DNA of 64,000 bases. It comes from a virus. Taxonomy: Duplodnaviria > Caudoviricetes. The stretch is from the IMG/VR virus record IMGVR_UViG_3300027782_000046, positions 32,001 to 96,000 of that record; one strand, given 5' to 3'. Each line of letters begins with the position of its first letter. Position 1 is the first letter of the stretch. Below, piece after piece: positions 20,201-29,917 of this stretch. The position numbers and the translations under genes are program-made. The notes below the pieces were generated by a model. The model saw nothing but the letters and a program-made list of their open reading frames with translations, searched no databases and had not been told where the DNA came from.

Positions 20201-23200
20201 GTTATTCAATTATTGAGTAGCTTAGGATTGGCCGCGGGTGTTAATTTTACTACAGATCAAATACCAGAAGCAAGCAATTTATATTATACTAATACAAGAG
20301 TATATGCGAATGTTGCTCCGTTATTAGCAAATAAAGCAAATGTAACAGATTTGACAACGGCAAATGTTGTTGAATTTAATAATCTATATTACACAAATGC
20401 AAGAGCCAGATTAGCAATATCTGAAGGTACGGGCGTATCTTACAATAATACGACGGGTGTAATATCAATTGGACAAAATGTTGCTACAACGGCAAATGTT
20501 CAATTCAATGGTTTACGAGTAGATGGAAATGCTACTTTCTACGGCACTGCAACATTCTATGGTAATGTAACAACTCATACATCAAATAACTTGTCCGTAT
20601 CGGACAATATGATTTATTTGAATGCAGGTTCGGAAACATCTAATCCTGATTTAGGATTTGCTGGTAATTATAATGATGGTGTTTATCATCACGCAGGTTT
20701 CTTTAGAGATGCTTCAGATTCTGGCACATGGAAAGTATTTGAAAATTATTCCCCAGAACCAGATGCTAATATCTTTATTGATACAAGTCATGCATCGTTT
20801 AGACTTGCAAATCTTGCAGCAAATTATTTCGTTGGAGATGGTTCAAGATTAACTAATATTGTTTTACCTACAGGAACATTAAATTCCATAACAGGTAATT
20901 TAAATGTAAATGGTAACGTAATTGCAAATTCGTTTGTTGCTACAGCGCCGGGAGCTGGAACATTATCTTCGACTTCTGATCTAGCATTAATAGCAACAGG
21001 TAATTTAAATCTTACTGCAAGTAATATTAATTTAAATTCAAATGTATTTGTTGGCGGAAATTTAAGAGCAAATTATTTTGTTGGTAATGGTGCATTATTA
21101 ACCGGAATTGTTACATCAATCAATTCTGTAAATGGAAATCTAAATGTAACTGGTAACGTAATTGCCAACGCATTTGTATCCACTTCAACTGGCGTAGGTA
21201 TATTATCATCTACATCTGATTTAGTATTATCTGCATCATCTAATGTAAATATTAACGCAAGTAATATTAATCTAAATTCGAACGTATTTACTACTGGTAA
21301 TATAACTGCAAATTATTTCAAAGGTAATGGTGCATTATTAACAGGTATTGTTACCACAATCAATTCAGTTGTTGGTAATCTAACAGTTACAGGAAATGTA
21401 ATTGCTAATGCGTTTGTAGCAACTGCTCCCGGAACAGGAACATTATCCTCTACCTCAGATTTAGCATTGACTGCTGCAGGTAATTTAAATCTTACTGCAA
21501 GTAATATTAATCTAAATTCGAACGTATTTACTACTGGTAATATAACTGCAAATTATTTCAAAGGTAACGGTGCACTATTAACTGGTATAGTATTACCAGC
21601 AGGTACATTAAATTCTGTAACGGGTAACTTGAATGTTTCTGGTAACGTAATTGCCAACGCAATCTATACTGGCGCAGTAATTAATACAGGCAATGCCTCG
21701 GCCGCATATTTTATAGGCGATGGTTCTAGATTAACTAATATATCTGTAAATTCTGTAACAGGTAACTTGAATGTTGCTGGTAATGTAGTTGCTAATGGAT
21801 TTGTTTCTATAGCTCTTGGTGCAGCAATATTATCATCTACCAATGATTTATTAATTAATGCCGCAAGTAATGTAAATATCACCTCAAGCAGTATTAATTT
21901 AAATTCAAATATATTTGCAACAGGAAATATAAGCGCTACCTACTTTAAAGGCAATGGCGCGCTATTAACAGGTATTGTTACTACAATTAACTCTGTTGCC
22001 GGAAATCTAAATGTAACTGGTAACGTAATTGCCAACGCAATTTATACTGGCGCAGTAATTAATACGGGAAATGCCTCGGCTGGGTATTTCATTGGCAATA
22101 CAGTTGCAACAACAGTTGTCTCAACCGGCAACATTACAACAAATGCATATTTTGTTGGGGATGGTTCTAGATTATCTAATATTACTTTACCTGCAGGTAC
22201 ATTAAATTCTATAACAGGTAACTTGAATGTTTCCGGCAATGTAATTGCAAATGGATTTGTTTCTACAGCTCTTGGGGCAGCAATATTATCATCTACAAAT
22301 GATCTTTTATTGAATGCAACATCAAATGTATCCATTACTGCAAGCAGTATTAATTTAAATTCAAATGTATTTGCATCTGGTAATATAACCGCAAATTATT
22401 TTAAAGGTAACGGCTCGTTATTAACAGGTATTGTTACTACAATTAATTCTGTAACAGGTAATTTAACTGTATCTGGTAATGTAATTGCCAATGCAATATA
22501 CACCGCAGCAGTAATTAATACCGGTAATGCCTCGGCCGCATATTTTATAGGTAACGGCTCGTTATTAACAGGTATTGTTACTACAATTAATTCCGTAAAT
22601 GGTAATTTAAATGTAACAGGTAATGTAATTGCCAACGCATTTGTATCTACATCAACTGGCGTAGGTATATTATCATCAACATCTGATCTGTTATTGAATG
22701 CAGTAAGTAATGTAAATATTACAGCATCCAATATTAATTTAAATTCTAATATATTTGCTACAGGGAATGTAAGTGCAAACTACTTCAAAGGTAATGGCGC
22801 ATTATTAACTGGTATAGTATTACCAGCAGGTGCATTAAATTCTGTTACAGGTAATTTAAATGTAAGTGGAAATATAATTGCAGGCGCTGCAATTATTGCA
22901 GCAGGAAATATTACTGCAAATACAATAAATTTAACTGGTACGGGCAGTGCATTATTATCATCGACTTCGGATATAGTAATAACTACAAGTGCAAATGCAA
23001 GCATAACTGCTGCAAATATTAATTTAAATTCTAATATATTTGCTACAGGGAATGTAAGTGCAAACTACTTCAAAGGCAATGGTGCATTATTAACTGGTAT
23101 TGTTACTACAATTAATTCCGTTTCAGGTAATTTAAATGTTACAGGTAACGTAATTGCTAATGCGTTTATTTCAAGCACAACAGGTGCCGGATTAATATAT

Positions 23201-24139
23201 TCTTCTACAGACTTTAATATTAATTCTGCATCAAATATTAGCATCACCGCAAGTAATGTAAATCTTAACTCTAATGTATTTACTACAGGAAATGTTAAGG
23301 CAGCATATTTTATCGGCAGTGGAGCATTCTTAACAAATATTACTCTGCCTGCAGGAACATTAAATTCTGTAACAGGCAATTTAAATGTTTCGGGTAACGT
23401 AATTGCCGCAGGTATTTTTGCAAATACATGGCAAGGCATTTATACTGCAAATGTAATTGAATCAGCATCTAATTTATATTATACTAATACAAGAGTATAT
23501 TCAAATATAATTCAATTATTGCCAACATTGGCAGGCCAAAATATTAATATTGCGGCAAATGGTCAAATTAGTGCAAATATATCCGCGTTAACGGGTAATA
23601 TTGCAGTAAATGGTAATTTATTAGTTACTAATTATATTACTGCTAATGGTTTAATTATTAGAGGAACAGAATTAGTAACTGGTGCATCTGGCGCATTAAC
23701 AATATCTGCATCAAATGTTTATGCTGGAAATATATCCGCAAATGTTTGGAACAACATATATACTGCAAATGTAGTTGAAACTGGCGCAAATCTGTATTTT
23801 ACAAATACAAGAGTAATTGCAGCATTAAGTGCAGGTGATGGTATAACTCTTGCATCGAATGGTTTAATTTCTGGCGGTGTTCACACAATTATTGACGCAC
23901 AATATTTTAATGGCGGCAATGCAAACATTATGATGGCGTCCGCAGTTGCAGATGCAAAACGTATTATAGTTAACATAGATGGTGTTACACAAATACCTAC
24001 TCTGGATTATTCTGTTAATGGAACAACATTAATATTAAGTTCAATACCTGCAACAAATTCTATAGTTGAAGTTAAATACTTCGGCAATGAAGCAATAACA
24101 ACATTATCATTCAATCCTTTCTTATTTGCTGGTCTGTGA
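17264..24139 (+). CDS. Giant Asn-rich fibre protein (2291 aa)
   Basis: LLSGRVKK...EPDLGLP N-terminus, hexapeptide tract, NLYYTNARV repeats, many NSVTGNLNVSGNVIAN / YFxG(N/D)GxxLT repeats, ends FNPFLFAGL. Confidence 0.8.
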   Translation: MTKLLSGRVKKVKSANVRASRYDFIGLSETEPDLGLPSANGYILVANTDGTRSWQEPAHVVDVANISVSLNNFTTANLREGSNLYYTNTRVYANLSQASINALVDVDTATNAPTEGQGLIWKTNIWVPATISVSSTEISNIANVVLGVVAASTTSGFANSSGFSNVSGYANVSGYANSSGFANVSGYANTTGFANVASIANIAAIANVSGYANVSGFANIAAIANVSGFANVSGYANVANLANYANVAEFANSTNYTNVANYATYALISTLTNFANSAIFANNAGYANVSGFANTSLVSNNSYYTLLAEVAYISNSSNIALRSNFANTTGFANTSTFANTATFANTTSFANVAAVANTATFANTTNFANVAAVANTSIFANVATFANTTGFANTTSFANLAAVANVATFANIADSANFSGLASIANIAISANFSTNSGSANTSGFANISGSANVATFANTASFANTSGFANISGSANVSTFANTAGFANTATVANTAIFANTAGFANTATFANTAIFANTANIANLVISIANFTTSNLAEGSNLYYTNARVISAVTGTALSNVTVTGNVVAGNVRAGYFIGDGSLLTNIVANINSVTGNLTVTGNIIANSMVVGAGTGGVITGANLIQTNYISANIWQGLYTANVIESASNLYYTNARVYANVLPLLATKANVSDLTTANVIESTSNLYFTNTRAVNAITNTALSNVTVTGNVVAGNVRAGYFIGDGSQLANINSITGNLTVSGNIIANTIIVGSAAGGSLTGANLLQAAYIVGNVWQGIYTANVIESTGNLYFTNARVFANLSQASINALADVDTVTAVPTIGQGLIWNGTIWAPASITVSGTETSNIANVVLSTANFTTANIREASSNLYYTNARVYANVLPLLATKANVSDLTTANIFELGDTTTGNVFFSNARARNSISAADGTIIYDPIAGTIRATANVTATISATIDGLNTGNVSENAASGNLYYTNARVYSNVIQLLSSLGLAAGVNFTTDQIPEASNLYYTNTRVYANVAPLLANKANVTDLTTANVVEFNNLYYTNARARLAISEGTGVSYNNTTGVISIGQNVATTANVQFNGLRVDGNATFYGTATFYGNVTTHTSNNLSVSDNMIYLNAGSETSNPDLGFAGNYNDGVYHHAGFFRDASDSGTWKVFENYSPEPDANIFIDTSHASFRLANLAANYFVGDGSRLTNIVLPTGTLNSITGNLNVNGNVIANSFVATAPGAGTLSSTSDLALIATGNLNLTASNINLNSNVFVGGNLRANYFVGNGALLTGIVTSINSVNGNLNVTGNVIANAFVSTSTGVGILSSTSDLVLSASSNVNINASNINLNSNVFTTGNITANYFKGNGALLTGIVTTINSVVGNLTVTGNVIANAFVATAPGTGTLSSTSDLALTAAGNLNLTASNINLNSNVFTTGNITANYFKGNGALLTGIVLPAGTLNSVTGNLNVSGNVIANAIYTGAVINTGNASAAYFIGDGSRLTNISVNSVTGNLNVAGNVVANGFVSIALGAAILSSTNDLLINAASNVNITSSSINLNSNIFATGNISATYFKGNGALLTGIVTTINSVAGNLNVTGNVIANAIYTGAVINTGNASAGYFIGNTVATTVVSTGNITTNAYFVGDGSRLSNITLPAGTLNSITGNLNVSGNVIANGFVSTALGAAILSSTNDLLLNATSNVSITASSINLNSNVFASGNITANYFKGNGSLLTGIVTTINSVTGNLTVSGNVIANAIYTAAVINTGNASAAYFIGNGSLLTGIVTTINSVNGNLNVTGNVIANAFVSTSTGVGILSSTSDLLLNAVSNVNITASNINLNSNIFATGNVSANYFKGNGALLTGIVLPAGALNSVTGNLNVSGNIIAGAAIIAAGNITANTINLTGTGSALLSSTSDIVITTSANASITAANINLNSNIFATGNVSANYFKGNGALLTGIVTTINSVSGNLNVTGNVIANAFISSTTGAGLIYSSTDFNINSASNISITASNVNLNSNVFTTGNVKAAYFIGSGAFLTNITLPAGTLNSVTGNLNVSGNVIAAGIFANTWQGIYTANVIESASNLYYTNTRVYSNIIQLLPTLAGQNINIAANGQISANISALTGNIAVNGNLLVTNYITANGLIIRGTELVTGASGALTISASNVYAGNISANVWNNIYTANVVETGANLYFTNTRVIAALSAGDGITLASNGLISGGVHTIIDAQYFNGGNANIMMASAVADAKRIIVNIDGVTQIPTLDYSVNGTTLILSSIPATNSIVEVKYFGNEAITTLSFNPFLFAGL
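17725..18840 (+). repeat. 18-nt-period hexapeptide repeat x(F/Y/V/I)ANx(S/T/A)
   Basis: GFANSS-GFSNVS-GYANVS-GYANSS...TFANTT-SFANVA; continuous 6-aa period. Confidence 0.9.
20443..20815 (+). repeat. Domain shared with the 9333 gene (copy 2)
   Basis: Matches ~11670-12025. Confidence 0.9.
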
Positions 24140-24148
24140 GAGTAAAAT

Positions 24149-25213
24149 ATGGCGTTAAATTTTAAAGTATTGGGGCAATCAACAAGCCTTTCTGGAAATT
24201 CAAATATCATTTTATATGGAGTACCTTACTATACAAGTACGGTAGTATCCACATTAAATGTTTGTAATTATGGTTCGGGTCCTGCAACATTTGATGTTGC
24301 ATTTAGAAAAGGCGGCGCGAATTTAACAAGCAAGCATTATTTCTCATATAGAACACCAATTGCTGCATATGAATCTATAGGTATTACTGCAGGAATTACT
24401 TTGGATCAAGCAGATCTTGTAGTAGTATCTGCAAATACCTCAAATGTTAGTTTCAATTTATTTGGTACAGAAAGCTTTGCTGGCGGCGGATCGGTGTTCC
24501 CAACCATGGAATATTTAATTGTTGCAGGTGGTGGCAATGGAGGCGGTGGTAGTACCGCAGGTGGCGGCGGAGGTGGCGGCTTTAGATTTGGTAGTTTAAA
24601 TACTCCAATGACAGGAGCCGCTACTTATACAATTACCGTTGGGGCTGGTGGTACAAACGCATCAAGTATTGATGGCGGATATCTTGTTTCAAAAGTAGAA
24701 TCTGCAGGCGGCGGCGCAGCAGGTCAAAATGGAGGCTCGGGTGGCGGTAACGGTGGTCTTGGTAATGTACCAGCAACAACTCCTAGACAAGGATATGACG
24801 GAGGAATAGCATTTAACGGTTCATCTGGCGGTGGCGGCGGTGCAGGCGCAGCAGGCTCTGGACTTAATGGCGGTGTTGGAGAATATTCAAGTATAACTGG
24901 TACTTCATTGCCTTATTCTGGCGGCGGCGGAGGTTCTTATTCCGGCGGCCAAGGCGGTAACGGCGGTGACGGCGGCGGTGGCTTAGGTGTTGGTTTTAAT
25001 TATGGCGGCGCTGGATATTTAGGAAACGGCGTCAACGGAGGAACAAATACTGGAGGCGGTGGAGGTGGTTCCGGTTCTGGTGGTTCTGGTGTTGTTATAA
25101 TACGATATTCAAATACATTACCTGCAGCAACTAGTACAGGAAGCCCAACAATAACATCTGCCAACGGATATCAAATATATAAGTTTACATCATCTGGCAC
25201 ATTGACGGTGTAA
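24149..25213 (+). CDS. Adaptor domain fused to glycine-rich domain
   Basis: MALNFKVLGQ...FNLFGTE, then EYLIVAGGG...GGSGVVIIRY...YKFTSSGTLTV. Confidence 0.8.
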   Translation: MALNFKVLGQSTSLSGNSNIILYGVPYYTSTVVSTLNVCNYGSGPATFDVAFRKGGANLTSKHYFSYRTPIAAYESIGITAGITLDQADLVVVSANTSNVSFNLFGTESFAGGGSVFPTMEYLIVAGGGNGGGGSTAGGGGGGGFRFGSLNTPMTGAATYTITVGAGGTNASSIDGGYLVSKVESAGGGAAGQNGGSGGGNGGLGNVPATTPRQGYDGGIAFNGSSGGGGGAGAAGSGLNGGVGEYSSITGTSLPYSGGGGGSYSGGQGGNGGDGGGGLGVGFNYGGAGYLGNGVNGGTNTGGGGGGSGSGGSGVVIIRYSNTLPAATSTGSPTITSANGYQIYKFTSSGTLTV

Positions 25214-25219
25214 ACAATT

Positions 25220-25433
25220 ATGACGTTCTCATTTCAAAATTTTAATTGGAACGGCGGTTTTAGAATTTATACGAATGCGATATCTTCTGTTGAATATCTG
25301 CTTGTTGCTGGCGGTGGATCTGGCGGAGTAAATAGTAATCAGGGCGGCGGTGCCGGTGGTATGCAGGCCAATACTGCTTCTGTGTCCATAGGTACTATAT
25401 ACATTTAAGAGTTCTGGTACAATAACATTCTAA
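25220..25433 (+). pseudogene. Internally deleted glycine-rich cassette
   Basis: Tag and EYLLVAGGG start intact, stop at 25408; the conserved C-terminus YTFKSSGTITF* is present out of frame at 25398-25433. Confidence 0.85.
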
Positions 25434-25439
25434 AATAAT

Positions 25440-26270
25440 ATGACTTTCTCGTTTCAAAATCTTAGTTATACAGGAAATTTCACATTTTTACCTGGTCCAA
25501 TACCACCTCCAATAATTGATTATTTGGTTGTTGCTGGAGGTGGAGGCGGGGGCGGCACTAGCAATGACGGTAACGGCGGCGGAGGTGGCGCCGGCGGGTT
25601 TGTAATGGGGACAACGGCAGTTACTTCAGGATACACATTAAATATTTCAATAGGTGCAGGCGGCGCCGTTGCTGCAAACGGTGTTGATTCAACTTTACAA
25701 TTATCTGGATCATTGACTATTACTTCATTAGGTGGCGGCGGCGGTCAACAATATGGCATTGGTAATAGTGGTGGATCGGGTGCTGGAACGTCAAGGGTTG
25801 CAGATCGCGGCGGCTATGGATTACAACCAGCAAGTGCCAGTGGCGGCTATGGTAACGATGGTGGTGCTTCCAGTAGCGGATACTATGTTACTGGCGGCGG
25901 TGGTGCCGGTGCTGCTGGATCAGGATATCCTGGCGCAGGCGGCGCTGGTAAAGAATGGCCGGTTGGTTCTGGAACATACTATGCAGGTGGTGGCGCCAGC
26001 TGGTATGCAATGGGTGGGACAGGCGGAGGCGGTAACGGAGCTCTTCAAGTTGGTAATAACACTGGCCAAAACGGCGTAGCAAATACTGGCGGCGGCGGTA
26101 GCGTAGGCACAAATAACGGGGCTGAGGGCCGCGGCGGATCTGGTGTTGTTATCATTCAATATCTTGAGGGATACCCGCCCGCCGCAAATACAACTGGTTC
26201 ACCTACAATAACTGTTTCTGGCGGATATAGAACATATAAATTTACAAGTACCGGTACAATAACATTCTAA
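25440..26270 (+). CDS. Glycine-rich domain cassette
   Basis: MTFSFQN tag; DYLVVAGGG...YKFTSTGTITF. Confidence 0.85.
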   Translation: MTFSFQNLSYTGNFTFLPGPIPPPIIDYLVVAGGGGGGGTSNDGNGGGGGAGGFVMGTTAVTSGYTLNISIGAGGAVAANGVDSTLQLSGSLTITSLGGGGGQQYGIGNSGGSGAGTSRVADRGGYGLQPASASGGYGNDGGASSSGYYVTGGGGAGAAGSGYPGAGGAGKEWPVGSGTYYAGGGASWYAMGGTGGGGNGALQVGNNTGQNGVANTGGGGSVGTNNGAEGRGGSGVVIIQYLEGYPPAANTTGSPTITVSGGYRTYKFTSTGTITF

Positions 26271-26277
26271 AATAATT

Positions 26278-27183
26278 ATGCCCATTTCTTTTCAAAATAT
26301 TAACTATCAAGGCAATTTTACTTTTACAACTGGGCCATCACAGGTATCCAGCCCGTCAACTGTAGAATACTTAGTTATAGCCGGCGGTGGCGGTGGAGGT
26401 GGCGGCACAACTAGTCCCGGCGGGTCGGGCGGCGGCGCCGGCGGTTATAGAACAGCTACTGGATTTTCTGTTACTCCAGGGGCAAACATAGTAATTACTG
26501 TTGGATCTGGCGGTACTGCTGGAACAGGAACATCGCCAATTGCGACTAAAGGAAGTGATTCAATATTTAGTACTATTACTTCTACAGGCGGTGGAGCCGG
26601 CCAACATTATAATCAAACATTCAATTCTGCAATACATAGTGGTGGCTCCGGCGGCGGCGCATTTTGGAATTTTGGAACAGCTGGAACTGGTAATACACCT
26701 AGTACAAGCCCAAGTCAAGGAAACGACGGTGGCCCAGCAGGCGGCGGTGGCGCAACTCAGGCAAGTTCTGGCGGCGGAGGAAGTAGCGCAGTAGGTGGGC
26801 AATCTACTGGGTCGGCCGGTGGAGCTGGAGGTAATGGTACTGCATCCTCAATTTCTGGTACTTCCACTACATACGCTGGCGGCGGTGGCGGCGGTGCAGG
26901 CATTAATAGCACGTTAGGTGCCGGTGGTTCTGGAGGCGGCGGCAGCGGTGGGGCCACCTACGGCAATGGATCGGACGGATCCACTAATACCGGAGGCGGT
27001 GGTGGCGGTGCAGGCGAAGAACAAAATGGTACTCGTACTGGAGGCAATGGTGGTTCGGGTATTGTAATTATACGTTATGCAGATTCTTATGCGGCAGCGA
27101 CAACAACAGGATCTCCTAACGTAACAGTTGCCGGTGGTTATAGAGTATATAAATTTACAAATTCCGGCTCAATAATTTTCTAA
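26278..27183 (+). CDS. Glycine-rich domain cassette
   Basis: MPISFQN tag; conserved Gly scaffold and C-terminus. Confidence 0.85.
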   Translation: MPISFQNINYQGNFTFTTGPSQVSSPSTVEYLVIAGGGGGGGGTTSPGGSGGGAGGYRTATGFSVTPGANIVITVGSGGTAGTGTSPIATKGSDSIFSTITSTGGGAGQHYNQTFNSAIHSGGSGGGAFWNFGTAGTGNTPSTSPSQGNDGGPAGGGGATQASSGGGGSSAVGGQSTGSAGGAGGNGTASSISGTSTTYAGGGGGGAGINSTLGAGGSGGGGSGGATYGNGSDGSTNTGGGGGGAGEEQNGTRTGGNGGSGIVIIRYADSYAAATTTGSPNVTVAGGYRVYKFTNSGSIIF

Positions 27184-27184
27184 A

Positions 27185-28105
27185 ATGATTACGTTCAATA
27201 ATATTTCCTCTTCAGGTAGTTTTAATTTTAATGTTACTACATTAGGGCCAACTGCCCCTTCGTCTGTAGACTATTTGGTCGTAGCAGGTGGCGGGCCCGG
27301 CGGATATGGAATACAAAACTATTCTATTGGTGCAGGTGGCGGCGCAGGTGGACTATTACAAGCAACCGGGGCAGCTATAACTCCAAGTGTAACTTATACA
27401 ATTACTATTGGCGCGGGTGGCGCGCAAAGTTCTTGGACCAATGGATCAAATTCTGTTATTTCAGGATCGGGATTTACAACTGTTACAGCTGTTGGCGGCG
27501 GAAAAGGAGCAGATTCTCGCAATTATAATGTGCCTGCTGGCAACGGAGGAAGCGGCGGCGGAGGGGCAACTCTTATAGGCAGTTCAACTGGTAAAGGTAT
27601 ATATCCAGGTTCAACGTATATAGATGCAGCCAGACAAGGTTATGATGGAGGTAATAATGGAACAAATGGATATCCTTATCCTACAGCAGGTGGCGGTGGT
27701 GCCGGTGGCGATGGATTAAATGGTTCTGGGTCCTCGGGCGGAACGGGCGGCCCTGGTTTATATTCTACAATATCTGGTTCAAATGTTGCTTACGCTGGCG
27801 GCGGTGGTGGATCAGTAGTTCAAGGTTCGGGTTATCTAAGTACCGGCGGTATTGGTGGTGGCGGCCGAGGCGGCTCACCCGGCCTTGCTGAGGCAGGTAC
27901 TATAAATACAGGCGGAGGCGGCGGTGCCGGTGGCGGTACAGTATCTTCTCCTGCAGCTGGTGGGGATGGAGGTTCGGGTATTATAATTATACGATATGCT
28001 GATTCTTATAATGCTGCTTCAAATACAACAGGTTCTCCAAACGTAACAGTGGCGGGTGGTTACCGAATATACAAGTTCACAAGTTCTGGTTCAATAACTT
28101 TCTAA
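27185..28105 (+). CDS. Glycine-rich domain cassette
   Basis: MITFNN tag; conserved Gly scaffold and C-terminus. Confidence 0.85.
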   Translation: MITFNNISSSGSFNFNVTTLGPTAPSSVDYLVVAGGGPGGYGIQNYSIGAGGGAGGLLQATGAAITPSVTYTITIGAGGAQSSWTNGSNSVISGSGFTTVTAVGGGKGADSRNYNVPAGNGGSGGGGATLIGSSTGKGIYPGSTYIDAARQGYDGGNNGTNGYPYPTAGGGGAGGDGLNGSGSSGGTGGPGLYSTISGSNVAYAGGGGGSVVQGSGYLSTGGIGGGGRGGSPGLAEAGTINTGGGGGAGGGTVSSPAAGGDGGSGIIIIRYADSYNAASNTTGSPNVTVAGGYRIYKFTSSGSITF

Positions 28106-28111
28106 ATAAAA

Positions 28112-29029
28112 ATGTTTACTTTTAATAATTTTAATGTTACTGGTAATTGGTCTGCAACCAGTGCCGTATATATCGGAGCACCTACAGCCGTTGAATACTT
28201 AGTTGTTGCTGGTGGAGGCGGTGGTGGTGGATCTGCTGGTGGTGGTGGAGGCGCCGGCGGGTATCTTGCAAATACTGGATATTCTGTAAATGTTTCTTCA
28301 GTTTATACTGTAACCGTGGGAGGTGGTGGAACAGCAGGTGGTGGCGGTTCTCCAGCATACCAAGGCACACAAGGAGGAAACGGCACCAATTCAGTATTTT
28401 CAAATATAACTAGCATTGGTGGCGGTGGCGGTGGCGCATCGGGCCCTGGAGGCGGGACCGTTGGTTTGCGAGTTGGTTTATCTGGTGGGTCAGGTGGAGG
28501 TGGCGCGGGGAATGATCAATCTGTTCAAGCTGCTGCATCTGGCACCGCCGGTCAAGGTAATAATGGTGGATCAAATGGCACAGTATCCTCCCCGTATCCA
28601 GCAGCCGGCGGCGGCGGAGCCGGTGCAGTGGGGGGAAATGGTTCTGGTAGTCAATCTGGTGCGGGAGGCGCAGGATTATATTCCACTATTTCTGGAGCAA
28701 ATGTTGCTTATGCCGGCGGCGGCGGTGGTGGCTCATCAATACAAGGCGCAGTACAAGGCGCTGGCGGTGTTGGCGGTGGCGGTGCTGGAGGTCAGACAGC
28801 TGTAAGTTCAGTAGCAGGTACTACAAATACCGGAGGAGGAGGCGGGGGTGGACAAAATACATCTGGAGCACCTTATATTAATGGTGCCACAGGCGGTTCA
28901 GGTATCGTTATTATTCGATATGCAGATTCATATACTGCTGCTTCAAATACAACAGGTTCCCCTAATGTAACCGTTTCTGGCGGTTACCGAGTATACAAGT
29001 TCACAAGTTCTGGTTCAATAACTTTCTAA
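28112..29029 (+). CDS. Glycine-rich domain cassette
   Basis: MFTFNN tag; conserved Gly scaffold and C-terminus. Confidence 0.85.
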   Translation: MFTFNNFNVTGNWSATSAVYIGAPTAVEYLVVAGGGGGGGSAGGGGGAGGYLANTGYSVNVSSVYTVTVGGGGTAGGGGSPAYQGTQGGNGTNSVFSNITSIGGGGGGASGPGGGTVGLRVGLSGGSGGGGAGNDQSVQAAASGTAGQGNNGGSNGTVSSPYPAAGGGGAGAVGGNGSGSQSGAGGAGLYSTISGANVAYAGGGGGGSSIQGAVQGAGGVGGGGAGGQTAVSSVAGTTNTGGGGGGGQNTSGAPYINGATGGSGIVIIRYADSYTAASNTTGSPNVTVSGGYRVYKFTSSGSITF

Positions 29030-29035
29030 ATAAAA

Positions 29036-29911
29036 ATGTTTACTTTTCAAAATTTTAGCACCAATGGGACTTTTTCTGTTGTAACTGGTTCTATACCGCC
29101 TGCAACTGTTGAATATTTAGTTGTTGCTGGTGGAGGCGGTGGCGGTGGTTCTGTTGCTGGTGGTGGAGGTGCTGGTGGTTTATTAACAGCCTCCAATTTA
29201 TCTATTTCTCCTAGTATTGTGTATTCAATTAATATTGGCGCAGGAGGAGCAGGCGGCGCAAATAAATATTTTGGATCAAATGGTTCAAATTCTTATATTA
29301 GTGCAAGTGGAAGCAATCTTATTATTGCAGTAGGTGGTGGATACGGTTCGGCAGGTAATGATACCAATATAAATGGTGGGGCATGGAATGCTGGATCTGG
29401 CGGTTCTGGTGGTGGCGGTACAAATATTGTTGGAAGATTGGGAACTCCGGGTTCCGGCATTGCTGGTCAAGGTTATGCCGGCGGCGCCGGTTATAATAGT
29501 GGTTCAGCTGGTTATACTGGTGGTGGAGGCGGTGCAGGTGGCGTGGGAGTAGCTGGAGATGGAACCACTGCAGGCGCCGGCGGCCCTGGGGTATATTCTA
29601 CAATATCCGGTTCAAATGTTGCTTACGCAGGTGGCGGCGGTGGCGGACAAAATGGTCTTGGCGGAGTAGGTGGAGGCGGAGTAGGTGGAGATACTGCACC
29701 AACCGCAGGTACTACAAATACAGGTGGCGGCGGCGGTGGTGGAAATGGATATGCGGCGGGCACAGGTCGAGCAGGAGGCTCTGGTATTATTATCATTCGT
29801 TATCCAGATTTTTATACTTCTGCAGCAAATACAACCGGTTCTCCTAATGTAACTGTTTCCGGTGGTTACAAGATATACCAATTCACAAGTTCTGGCACAA
29901 TAACTTTCTAA
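29036..29911 (+). CDS. Glycine-rich domain cassette
   Basis: MFTFQN tag; conserved Gly scaffold and C-terminus. Confidence 0.85.
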   Translation: MFTFQNFSTNGTFSVVTGSIPPATVEYLVVAGGGGGGGSVAGGGGAGGLLTASNLSISPSIVYSINIGAGGAGGANKYFGSNGSNSYISASGSNLIIAVGGGYGSAGNDTNINGGAWNAGSGGSGGGGTNIVGRLGTPGSGIAGQGYAGGAGYNSGSAGYTGGGGGAGGVGVAGDGTTAGAGGPGVYSTISGSNVAYAGGGGGGQNGLGGVGGGGVGGDTAPTAGTTNTGGGGGGGNGYAAGTGRAGGSGIIIIRYPDFYTSAANTTGSPNVTVSGGYKIYQFTSSGTITF

Positions 29912-29917
29912 ATAAAA

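Noticed and set aside
17518-23439. Many minus-strand ORFs over the second fibre gene (e.g. 18196-18852)
   Set aside because: Antisense shadows of low-complexity codon repeats; no SD or independent protein features
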